DNA of 64,000 bases from Tubiluchus corallicola. Lineage: Eukaryota > Animalia > Priapulida. Positions 56,401 to 64,000 of this stretch are shown one piece after another (the stretch's first letter is position 1; the number at the start of each line of letters is the position of its first letter). A program made the translations under genes and the position numbers. The notes under the pieces are model-generated. The model was not told the DNA's origin. It did no database searches and saw only the letters and a program-made list of their open reading frames with translations. The stretch is taken from assembly GCA_030141605.1 (NCBI GenBank), contig JAQGDQ010000134.1, forward strand, positions 467,043-531,042, given 5' to 3'.

Positions 56401-59400
56401 TTCAAGGTAGTATACATAGCATAGACATGGGCACAGCAGAATACTGTATTCACTATAGGCTGCACATCAGAAAAGCAAAGTGTTCCATTATAAAATTAAG
56501 ATAATCAAAATGTTAACTACCGAAGACAATAAATAATGGTGTCATGGCATGCAATAAATGGGCACTCTTTTTGCTTCTTATTATACGATTACAAATGTAT
56601 ATGCAAATGCTGAAGTGACTAGTGTGAAACCTATACTTACGACAGAGTTCCCACAGACTTTTAAAAGAAATTTCCCTGACTTTTCCCTGACCAAATATTG
56701 ATTTTCCTTGACCAAGAAAAGCAGAAATTGCATTACCAATATACATATTTAAACATTTTTGCGTATGGACATTTATATTCACGCACACACGCTTGCACGC
56801 AAACATATACTGATATATAATGTGTCCCAATCATTAGTTTTGGAACAAAAATCGAAACTGGGAGGTTGCCATACCAAAATTTTATTTGAACACGAATCGC
56901 TGAAAAATATGTTTGGAAAAATATCGCTTCACAGCGATTATTTTTGCAACCCTTTCTAATTTCCCTGATTTTTTGCCCCATTTTTCACAATTTTCCATGA
57001 CTTTTTACCAAATTATCCCTTTCCATGACTTTCCATGATAGCCTGTATTTCCAATGATTTTCTAGGATTTTCCCTGACCATAGGAACCCTTTTATGAAGT
57101 TTTATGAATGTGGTTCTGAGCTTGTGTATGGGTAAGTAGACAATAAACAGAACCGAACACAGTAACAACAAATAACATCACAGGTAGTTCCAACAAGTTT
57201 AAAACAATTCCACTGTTAATAGAACAAATACAAAAATTGGTCACGGGTACTGCATGTGTTCTAAATGAGAAATGTTCTAAAAGCAGAATTTTTGTTTATT
57301 CCTTTAGTAAAGTTAACAGAACATTCAAGGCAATCCTCTTGAACTGGCAACCACTAATATCTTGTAATTTACAATTTGCAACACACACATCAAAAGAAAC
57401 AACAGCAAACAACAACAAACAACCTGAAAAGTTAGCATCACCGAAGAACTGCATAAAGGATATGACGTGAAAAATCAAAGTGATCGTTCATTTGCCAGTG
57501 AAATGGAGAAGGGATGCTTAACAGCACTGTGCATTACTGTGTTATTTATGACAGCTGTGGGACAAGAACACAAATTTCTAAATGAGAAAGAGTGTAGAGA
57601 ACTAGACACTGACTACGGATTTTCACCAGAAAACATGAAATGTTATGACATAACGCATAAAACAAATATCTACAATTACCATGGGGGCACTAAGTGTAAG
57701 TTTGATAAAAATTTAAAAGAAGTGGAATGCGCAAAAGGATGCACTACCGTGTACCTCGAAAACGGAACTTTTAGCGATGAAAATTTTTGTCCAGGAAATC
57801 TGATGCATGATATTTCAGACGTATGGTGGAACTTTAGAAAATGGCACAAAACAACGTTTGGATTCGAAGGACAGTTACCATTATACGGCTACAACCTAAC
57901 CGAATACATGCAAAAGAACTATCTGACTACTAACATTCGTATGCAGTTTGTGAAAAACGAGAACATATCAAAGATCTATATTCCCTTATGGTCCAACATT
58001 TATGTAAATAATGGCGACTTGGGAAAAATCTTGCGCGTCTACTTTCAAGACGAGAACGGAAAATGGGCGAGAATGCGAGGTAGCAGGCTTGTCAACGTAG
58101 AGAGTGCGACAGGCAATGTGATGGTTGAACAAGAGGAACCTTTAATGACTAATGCGTACAAGAAATGGTTCATTAAATTCGATCCAATGATATATGCTCG
58201 GCAGCTCAGTATCCAGTACTACCCTATTGCAATAAAGAAGAATTTAGTGGCTAGGAGAGTGACATCACCATATTTTTACATGTTGCCCGAGTATGCAAGT
58301 TTTCACTTCTATGTTTGTAGACAAGCGTAGGTACTCTGTTTAGCCTAATTTCCAAACTAGTTGTAAAGTAATCTAATTTAACCAATAAAAATGTCTTCTC
58401 ACGATTTTCTTCTTCTAATTTTCGTGTGTAAACTTAATAAAGGATACGCCAATACAGCAAAGTAGTCCAAGACATGACAGAGAATTGGTGACTATCGGTA
58501 GTGGTACAGTCAGGGGCGTAGTCAGGTTCTAAAGTTAGGGGGAGCAAGCACATAAGAAAGGCACCATAACACATATCAAACAATTGTTAATACCTTGATT
58601 ACAAATTTTAATTTTGGTTTAAAATCAAAACATGAGGAAGATATAGTTTAATGGAAGTACATGATTGATATCTTGTATTTAAAATTGAAAAACAATAAAA
58701 ATTTTACAGTAAACTCAGAAATCTCAAAAGAAAACAAAGCGATTAAAAAAACAAAACCTTCTCGCACAAGGGAACTAAATGGTTAAAAAATTCTCAAAAA
58801 GTTGCCAGTTCTGAAAAATGTGCTTGGGGGAGCAGTTATTCCCCCTCCTCCCCTACTTGCTCTGCCACTGGGCACAGTAATGTTTCTTCTGTATTTATGC
58901 ACGGGTTGTGATTACATCCCATCACCGGTCATTCGCGTGACCATGAAACATTTCCAGTGGCCGAGGGTTAAAGTATGATATTATATTAGTGTCTACTAAG
59001 CCAGTTTTATAATTTTAAAGGCCAATATGACAATGAATAAGGTCATATTTGCTTGATCATAGCTTAGCAATAGTATTAGGCAGCGGGATATTATTAGATA
59101 TTATCTAGTATTATAATATATATATACATAATTATAATAATTATAGTATTATAATATATATAATATCCAGTTTTAGATATCAACACACCCTCACTTGCTT
59201 TACAATATCAACTTTTGCAATTTTTCTCAGCTATCCATAAGATGAACCATAATCGTTGATATTTAGCCAAATGAATGAGAAGATTAATAGCATTTCTGAT
59301 AAGGGGTCTATTTGGTATTAATTTTGCTGAAACTGTTATCTAATATAGATTTGAAATTGTGCCAAACAAATAAATATGTAAGCATAATGTGAAACTAATA

Positions 59401-62400
59401 TGAACTAATTACATGTATTCAGGTTTATATAGAGCACCCTTGTTGAAAACTTTGTGTGCTCACACTCATTTGTAAACTTACAGAAAGCGTTCAATGAACA
59501 TTCAATATCAGGACCAAATCAGCAAAGACCATATTTCCTTTAAAGAAACTCTGTTGATGTAGGAGTGCATGTAATATTAAAGCAAAACCGGATCGAATCT
59601 TAAACTGTAGGTCAAAATAATCTACTCTTTAAAATATGACTTAAGTAAAAGAATTATTATTACACAAACACAGTTTCACGTTTGTGACGAACTACACACG
59701 TTTGACAGCTAATGCGTGAACACATCAGTAAATTTGAAATTTGAATTTTTATTTTAAAACTTGCCTAGTTTTAGCACAACTCATGATGTAGCAGTAGCAC
59801 TGCACATCATTTTTTGCTTTCGCAAACACGCGCAGCACGCTCGTGGAATATTTTTGCTGTTGAAAATTATGTTAGTTTGTAATGTCATCAATAGTTTTCA
59901 AACTGTAATTTAATTACCGGAAACACTTTTGCAGTACTAATTATACTAAAATGTATACTTTTTATCAGATTTGAAAATCAGGTAGTGTATGAAAAACCAT
60001 CCCGTCTTTCTTCAAGTAATACATAAAAAGCAAAAATGTGTGATAAAATATGTCACGCTAAAGGTCACGATAAAATATGGCACTTAGGCTGTCCCACAAC
60101 CTACTTTAGCAACATCTTTCTTCAGTGCCATCAAGCATTCCATCAGTTGTGAATGATAAGCAGCATTATCCGTGTACTGTAACACCATCATGATCACGGC
60201 AGACGTGGACAGTTTAGCATAAGACGGCTCGTTGTTTTCCTGCGACTCACCTGGAAAATGAATCAGAAAAATACATAGGAGTTTGTTCGACGATAGCAAG
60301 CAAACCGAAAATACCGAAACGTACAGTGTAAAATGGAGATCGGTACTAATAATTTGATACGTCATACGTTTTGCTTTTGAACTAGCAGTACAACATGTTA
60401 GTTGTGCGTATGCCAATGAAAAACCCCAAATGACTCAGTGACTAACTACAATTACACAGAAGTCACAATCACCACATGGTCCTACACTGTTCAGTTCTCA
60501 ACCTAGAAAAAATTTGATCCTGCATATTTTCGTAAATTTACTTGCATGTTATTACTTCTGTAAATTATCAAGATGTAAGGTTTGTTGTCAGATAATATCA
60601 AGTACTGAACATGTATGGCTAGTAGAAGAGGCAAAATCATAGTAATGACCGATAATGATAAAATTTACGGTGAAAGAAAGCTATCGTAAGTGTATCATCC
60701 AATTATGCTACTGAAATAAAACGTGTACTCATGAAATCTAATCTTGTAAGCCACAATTATTTACTTACTCATAAGCTTGTTAATGAATGCAATCATTGCA
60801 CAAATTATATGTTAATAGCAGAGACAAGACAAAAAACGCCAACCAAGTCGACGCCTTATTCAAATGAGTTCACAAAAAATCACGTCGATGCTACATGATA
60901 TGTTAACTGTACACTTAAAAATGCACAAAATGAAATAGCTTAAAGTCAAAGTTGACAAGCATGTAAAGCATACACACAGATAGTAATCAATCGTAGATAG
61001 CTCAAAGAGGCATTTACCAGACAACCGGAATATGTTATGCGTCATAGATAAAAATCAGTTTGTATTGTTTTTAATGCACCATTTATCAGACCCGCATTAT
61101 TTATTCTGCAGCTATTTCTGTTGGATTTTTATATGCAGCTGGATTGCCCAATAAAAGATAACACATTCTGAATGTCTGGTAACCGCCGCTGAATGATTAT
61201 TTCATATAACAGTTTTTCTTATTACGCAAGATAAATTCTTTATGAGATCAATAAGCAATAATATCATCTATCAACCTGGGTTGGCATAATGATATATTAC
61301 AGACTGGTTTAATGATGAAATGCCTAATTAACTGTCCAAAATAACCTACCTAATGTTAGCGGGAGCAATATGTTACACAACAGATCGGTGATTTCTTTAT
61401 GTAGCGTAGACGGAAAGGTAGCAAGCATAGACGCTGCAGTGTATGGCAATGCATCAATGAGATCTGATTCAAGAAACTGCACTAAACATGCTAATGTCTG
61501 TATTATCTCTTGACCCAGACCTAGAAATGTTTAAAGAATTTGTCAGTGTACTAATAGCAACTCAATTGATACAGTAACTTACAATTTAAAAAAGTAGCAA
61601 CACGCTGATTTTTAACAACTAATACATTTATTTTGCATAACTTTTAAAACAAGTTTAGTTTCCAGTCCAATTTCATGTAATATTTTTAGTATTTAAATGT
61701 AATAATTTCATGTAACATAAAAACCTGTTTTATGTTGAATCATTTCTTCATGAAATCATCTGTTTATTAAGGCATAAAGTTGACAAACATGGTAAAAGGA
61801 AGTTCTATGAACACTTGGTTTACTTACTGTACTGCCCAAACTGTAACAATGGTACTGTGTCGATAACATTGATGACGGCGTGATACAAGCCCTTGTAGTT
61901 GAGATTCGGAAACATAGACAGACGGACGCTGTCACGCTGACGGGAAGAATAAGAACCGGAAGTGACACTCGGAACATCTTTCAGTACACTGGAAGAGTAA
62001 GAACGTAGTTATGTTAATATGCAGAATTTTTGTTTGTTTATACATAGTTTAATATGCAGCAAGTGGGGATCTAGCTCTCAGTGCATGTCTACTTAATGTA
62101 TGTTGGTGGTACAAGAAGCTAGCTTAAGATGTCATAGCCACATTGGAACGAAAATACATCCTTTCTAATGAAATATTAGTAATGTGTCTTACAAAATACT
62201 TGAGCTTTTCAAGCTTACAATAAATATAACAGATGTTGCTGTTTAGCAATTAACATGCTATAATGCATAGATCTTGTATCATCGTGCAACAAAATGATGC
62301 ATACAAAAATAATTTGTTTAAGAGAAAACATACGCCTATGTTTTTCAAAAATTGTTCTAACCTAAGTAAATTCTGTTGAAAATATTTCAAAGTGTTTGCA

Positions 62401-63245
62401 ATGTCTATTCCAGATGGCAATGGTACTATATTGTTCACGGTCCTCTGATAGTAATCGTTCAAATTGCGGATCTTCGCGGTAACTGAAATGATACAAAAAA
62501 TGTAAATAGGAAATTTGTTAATTAGTAACTAATTGAAATTTGATTAAATTAGAACAGGGTTTGAACCTTATATAGAAAACAAGGCCAAGTAACTAAGTGC
62601 TAGCTAGGTAACATTGCAGATTTTACCTGTGCTCTACACTGCCCACCATACTATACATTACTCATGTTTAAAATTTAAGGTAAAGTGAAACAATGGAAAT
62701 TTAGAATTTAAATTTACCGTGAACTGCGGTTACTTTATTGCGAGTATCTTATAATCAAATTGAGTTGGGGAAGCTTAGGCTCCTCACATTAAAAGTATAA
62801 ATAGTCACCACTGCTTTCAAAACAATTACATATTTATTTGTAGCATAGACAAAGTAACCACAAACAGACGAAGTCACCACAGTTCATGATACATCATCAT
62901 TTGAACACGGTAAATCAAAAGCTGCTCTTAACTGTATTTTTAACTGTGCCACGTTTGTATTGTTAGAATGAACATTCTACAGCTATGGCCAACTCGCAGC
63001 TAAAAAACTTGAAAAACGTTTTTCAAGAAGACAAACAAATAACAATGCCAGTGTCAGTTGAAGATGCAGTTGGTAAGGTTCTAAAGTCTCTGATGTGGTT
63101 TAGGAATTTAATTCTGGATTTCGAGTTTAGGGGAGCTGCTCTAGTTTTTTTAGATGTAGCTGAAGGCAGAATATTCCACGACATTTACTGGAAAAAACTG
63201 CATAAAAGATATTGATAACTTACATGTCGCTGCACGGGTACCCAT
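5299..63245 (-). CDS. unc-79: Protein unc-79 homolog (NALCN channelosome subunit), complete, 52 coding exons, ~2789 aa
   Basis: Starts MGTRAATFTAKIRNLNDYYQR and ends KMAQIEMQSSAATQFYTV*. Conserved blocks include PPEYARVGGHW, CITLPSGADVFW, AMEDVNPAVA, LNEDTLGGLLKAGVAQYVALE, LAEMVNLHFLSLIEALQECNS. Exons (all GT-AG, phases chain, total 8370 nt): 63224-63245, 62362-62482, 61828-61988, 61350-61520, 60105-60250, 55571-55700, 54709-54773, 52222-52595, 51171-51372, 48480-48546, 47327-47364, 46091-46194, 45354-45530, 40928-41051, 39313-39432, 38380-38511, 37656-37841, 36813-36974, 35509-35853, 34445-34593, 33781-33938, 32543-32724, 31576-31777, 31040-31228, 30178-30270, 28792-28913, 27888-28073, 27030-27212, 26768-26930, 26220-26237, 24350-24476, 23613-23784, 22353-22514, 21679-21903, 21087-21258, 19625-20476, 18534-18666, 17362-17658, 16626-16741, 15992-16074, 15316-15555, 14931-15041, 14252-14356, 13639-13725, 12367-12408, 11354-11443, 10494-10672, 9985-10225, 8973-9113, 6752-6829, 6046-6090, 5299-5478. 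Exons in the poorly conserved middle are less certain. Confidence 0.95.
9710..9865 (-). mobile_element. Putative tRNA-derived SINE carrying the hammerhead
   Basis: Pol III B-box-like GAGTTCGAATGC (9804-9815, minus) about 45 nt upstream of the ribozyme; A/T-rich tail after it. Confidence 0.45.
9719..9760 (-). ncRNA. Minimal type I hammerhead ribozyme motif
   Basis: Minus strand UGUUCAG-CUGAUGA-GUCUCGCUCGGGC-GAAA-GUUA/CUGAAUA: intact core boxes, 7-bp helix I, short helix II, minimal helix III, NUH = UUA. Confidence 0.75.
9985..10225 (-). CDS. unc-79: unc-79 exon 48
   Basis: PKEFTDCIAHIRLLSWLLLGSLTH...GFAEQSKASVLHMSSLYNTFILCQ, GT-AG bounded. Confidence 0.92.
10735..11190. repeat. Degenerate minisatellite, ~55-60-bp unit, about 8 copies
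   Basis: Recurring aaa(a/g)acaatga(a/g)ct(a/t)tccc...ccttc.ttaatgtgatt.ct units. Confidence 0.75.
13848..14060 (+). mobile_element. Dispersed repeat, probable tRNA-derived SINE (family B), copy 1
   Basis: B-box-like gggttcaatac. Shares aatttcattc, gaacatggct.agatacctc.gtcaat.cagtgg.tcatttt and tctggtc.taccacaa with 34090-34325. Confidence 0.55.
14520..14830. mobile_element. TCGAAT-rich MITE (TIR TAGGGGTGAGCAT), partial copy
   Basis: Ends atgctcacccctag; internal gctaaattgtgtt and ttcgaatcaaattcgaa shared with copies at 38575 and 51516. Confidence 0.65.
17362..17658 (-). CDS. unc-79: unc-79 exon 38
   Basis: DRCVECGRMLEQYDEEIISYCIVVLETFVHREPGMASPLL, a conserved UNC-79 block. Confidence 0.92.
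19625..20476 (-). CDS. unc-79: unc-79 exon 36, 852 nt, low-complexity repeat exon
   Basis: Open frame bounded by tag|G and G|gtaac, phase 1/1 compatible with neighbouring exons; repeated HSxxSxE(D/N) motif. Confidence 0.82.
22953..23391. mobile_element. TATCCGG-rich non-autonomous element (MITE-like)
   Basis: Many tatccg/ccggata subrepeats between ttagg... and ...cacaatcctaa termini. Confidence 0.5.
25173..25323. mobile_element. ~150-bp fold-back MITE, copy 1
   Basis: ~35-bp inverted repeat aaaataaaaatgacagccagcacccacttaagaaaa / ttttcttaagtgggtgctggctgtcatttttatttt; related copy at 45100. Confidence 0.8.
28426..28660 (+). mobile_element. tRNA-derived SINE (family A), copy 1
   Basis: tRNA-like head; body gagtcatac.aaaaatt..ggtaccgc...tttatcg.agtaacatgcggg.aataataatc.ggacca...ttatccctggact..gtcctaaa; (ATT)n tail; aligns with 63454-63682. 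Confidence 0.8.
29680..30040. repeat. Pentanucleotide simple repeat, (CTCTA)n core within degenerate (TCTAA)n
   Basis: Perfect actct array at ~29824-29897 with diverged tctaa flanks. Confidence 0.9.
32100..32605. repeat. 105-bp tandem repeat (~4.8 copies) spanning the unc-79 exon 22 / intron junction
   Basis: ttttaccaag recurs with its acc at 32121, 32226, 32331, 32436, 32541. Confidence 0.95.
34090..34325 (+). mobile_element. Probable SINE (family B), copy 2
   Basis: Shares the core with 13848-14060; ends in a (gtc/atc)n simple tail; intronic because flanking exons 20 and 21 join in frame without it. Confidence 0.55.
35509..35853 (-). CDS. unc-79: unc-79 exon 19
   Basis: ...NFWHTSQGKFKFTLDELPSQLQLIYVLLK, conserved motif, GT-AG bounded. 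Confidence 0.9.
38575..38846. mobile_element. TCGAAT-rich MITE, near-complete copy (second degenerate copy follows to ~39203)
   Basis: Termini taggggtaagcat ... atgctcacccc form TIRs; hAT-like TAGGG end. Confidence 0.7.
42345..43346 (+). CDS. Orphan class A (rhodopsin-like) GPCR, intronless CDS, nested antisense in unc-79 intron 13
   Basis: 333-aa ORF with seven hydrophobic segments, TM3 Cys and SMTIDRYIAIVYPLH motif, ECL2 Cys, N-terminal sequons NFS and NFT, basic helix 8 with Cys. Confidence 0.93.
   Translation: MNNFSSEYNFTLLSNEVISTGLENPFTNPIYKSGIIVFTLSLVVLDLFVVRAILSTKTLWSSGNLLLANLATSHACFGTFQICMNVQRIIYQKFSLASCFFNIFSTYAFLLSGMLTHTSMTIDRYIAIVYPLHHSMICTINRIRIVIACQWMYCIIIGMLAMMRVMMGESDGKFGNCIPTRHIYHAFALFYSAHYFLLLLVLMFVYSRVFNIVLQHKKRVTPMTHLPGAEQQYFSTRKRIKTALSVFLLTSVTVFSLSPTFVHSIFYHTGRLSSAFGVAKKVANIMLVLTGILNICIYFYKIKELRGILARLLCRKPQNNAQAIVVVAAIAQK
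45100..45212. mobile_element. Fold-back MITE, copy 2
   Basis: agtcagcacccacttaagcaaaga / tctttgcttaagtgggtattgact inverted repeat; related to 25173-25323. Confidence 0.75.
46810..47281. mobile_element. Tc1/mariner-pogo-like MITE
   Basis: Imperfect TIRs tacactcatatctcggtttg / caaacctagatgagtgta with TA termini. Confidence 0.7.
47623..48111. mobile_element. pogo-like MITE, degenerate
   Basis: ta.agta.a.t....ataataaatccac / gtggatttattaagcggattctgctgta inverted ends; internal ggatttatta subrepeats. Confidence 0.55.
50025..50408 (+). CDS. Small secreted six-cysteine protein / neuropeptide-like precursor (127 aa), nested antisense in unc-79 intron 9
   Basis: Signal-like MSAMISMLIVGLLVIQAVSP; basic RK sites; Cys pattern C-x18-C-x2-C-x33-CC-x8-C; ATG directly follows branch point tgactaac, a pyrimidine tract and cag; AATAAA at 50579. 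Confidence 0.78.
   Translation: MSAMISMLIVGLLVIQAVSPSGHYDNYKQLDGNSRKIRESEEFVDVRKMIGQCRTQRKRTGISRQNERSKNCEKCANDPEFDPSSSEDVSTPKADTELSMQEQNTYEKCCSADETHEACVDFLKGIE
51516..51825. mobile_element. TCGAAT-rich MITE, 3'-truncated copy
   Basis: Starts taggggtgagcattctctatcagaaagcgaattcgaatc; body matches 38575-38846. Confidence 0.7.
52222..52595 (-). CDS. unc-79: unc-79 exon 8 (Cys-rich region)
   Basis: CENKNCMSSDRTGFSTCFSFECASYNRNRPIRYCKTCHDNRH, conserved UNC-79 Cys cluster. Confidence 0.93.
52680..52875. repeat. Degenerate (CACCA)n simple repeat
   Basis: C/A-only pentamer array; explains the spurious V/W/C-rich ORFs. Confidence 0.9.
53740..54473 (+). mobile_element. 5'-truncated, decayed non-LTR retrotransposon (LINE) 3' end
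   Basis: ORF 53825-54127 contains KYLGHII.....DDADI..Q.R.FY.R...L.R.F..CS..V....FKSYCS.FY, typical of the RT thumb/C-terminal region of CR1/L2-group LINEs; T-rich 3' UTR and (AATA)n tail. Confidence 0.78.
56643..57090. mobile_element. hAT-like MITE with ttccctgac subrepeats
   Basis: Termini cagagttcccac / taggaaccct; repeated tttccctgac and ttccatgac motifs. Confidence 0.6.
57503..58330 (+). CDS. Secreted protein (275 aa) with Cys-rich N-terminal part and probable divergent F5/8 type C (discoidin)-like C-terminal domain, nested antisense in unc-79 intron 5
   Basis: Long clean ORF; signal-like MEKGCLTALCITVLFMTAVG; C-terminal LRVYFQDENGKW, FDPMIYARQLSIQ and FHFYVC resemble FA58C motifs (Y.V.YS.DG..W, F.PPI.ARYIRI, ELYGC); AATAAA at 58384. 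Domain call is tentative. Confidence 0.8.
   Translation: MEKGCLTALCITVLFMTAVGQEHKFLNEKECRELDTDYGFSPENMKCYDITHKTNIYNYHGGTKCKFDKNLKEVECAKGCTTVYLENGTFSDENFCPGNLMHDISDVWWNFRKWHKTTFGFEGQLPLYGYNLTEYMQKNYLTTNIRMQFVKNENISKIYIPLWSNIYVNNGDLGKILRVYFQDENGKWARMRGSRLVNVESATGNVMVEQEEPLMTNAYKKWFIKFDPMIYARQLSIQYYPIAIKKNLVARRVTSPYFYMLPEYASFHFYVCRQA
58511..58869. mobile_element. MITE with CAGGGGCGTAG-type TIRs
   Basis: caggggcgtagtcagg ... cttgctctgccactg imperfect inverted ends; gggggagca subrepeats. Confidence 0.6.
63224..63245 (-). CDS. unc-79: unc-79 first coding exon (22 nt)
   Basis: gccATG GGT ACC CGT GCA GCG ACA T|gtaag = MGTRAAT(F); phase 1 matches exon 2. Confidence 0.9.
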
Positions 63246-63453
63246 GGCAACGCTTGCAAGCTTCACAATGCCATCTCAAACTGAATCAACTGAAACAATA
63301 AATTATGGATCAAGGAACCATGCATTCAAATACTTAAGAACAAATGCTGATTTCGAATTTTCGGCACTCTTTAGTTGCTTGAGAGATTTACCAAGGGGGC
63401 TGATGAGTAAAAGCATGGACAAGTGCACTTGCCATACTGCCCTCTGGTTATAT

Positions 63454-63682
63454 ACCGAGTGGCTTAGCCCAATAGTAGCGAGCTCACTTAACATCTGGGA
63501 AGTCGCGGGTTCAACTCCAGGCCGAGTCATACCAAAAATTTGAAAATGGTACCGCTGGTTCTTCGACCAAGCAAGCGGGTTTATCGAAGTAACATGCGGG
63601 CAATAATAATCAGGACCACCTCGAAAACAAGAGTTGCTTAAGATGTTATCCCTGGACTACGTCCTAAACGAAATAATTATAT
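63454..63682 (+). mobile_element. tRNA-derived SINE (family A), copy 2
   Basis: A-box-like gtggcttagcccaatagtagcg, B box gggttcaactcc; body aligns with 28426-28660. Confidence 0.82.
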
Positions 63683-63719
63683 ACTAGCCAAACCCCACAA
63701 AAAGAATTTTGTGCACAAA

Positions 63720-64000
63720 TCAACACAAAACCCACACCACACCACTCCACCTCATCACACCACACTGCACCACACCATACCACTCCACCACATCACACCG
63801 CACAGCACCACACCATAACACCACACTGCACCACACCACCCACCCACCTACACACCACACCACCCACACCATACCACTCCACATCACACCACACCGCACC
63901 ACACCATACCACTCACACACCACACCACCCACACCCATACCACACCACCCACACCATACTACTCCACCACATCACACCACACTGCACCACACCATACCAC
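63720..64000. repeat. (CACCA)n simple repeat running off the window end
   Basis: Degenerate caccacaccatac/caccacactg array, same family as 52680-52875. Confidence 0.9.

Noticed and set aside
63390-63448. CTGATGAG...acaagtgcactt as a second hammerhead
   Set aside because: The GAAA box is missing and helix II is only 2 bp; at best a decayed relic.
63454-63525. tRNA gene
   Set aside because: No clean cloverleaf; it continues into a body shared with 28426-28660, so it is a SINE head.

Overview
AT-rich, intron-rich eukaryotic (invertebrate animal, plausibly lophotrochozoan; inference only) genomic window. It is dominated by a complete minus-strand unc-79 gene (NALCN channel-complex subunit) that I reconstructed by hand as 52 phase-consistent coding exons (5299-63245, ~2789 aa). 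Three single-coding-exon genes are nested antisense in its introns: an orphan class A GPCR, a six-cysteine secreted peptide precursor, and a secreted discoidin-like protein. The left end carries the first two exons of SCP2/SCPx (minus strand), head-to-head with a 3-exon COX7A-like gene (plus strand); the ORF track missed the SCPx exons and all but the last COX7A exon. Introns hold tRNA-derived SINEs, several MITE families, a LINE fragment and simple repeats. Best leads: a minimal hammerhead ribozyme behind a tRNA-like B box, an unidentified pseudoknotted RNA-like fold in SCPx intron 1, a 105-bp tandem array multiplying an unc-79 splice donor, frame-compensating microexon candidates, and an HS-x-x-S-x-E repeat exon in UNC-79. 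All identities rest on remembered family motifs; no searches were run.
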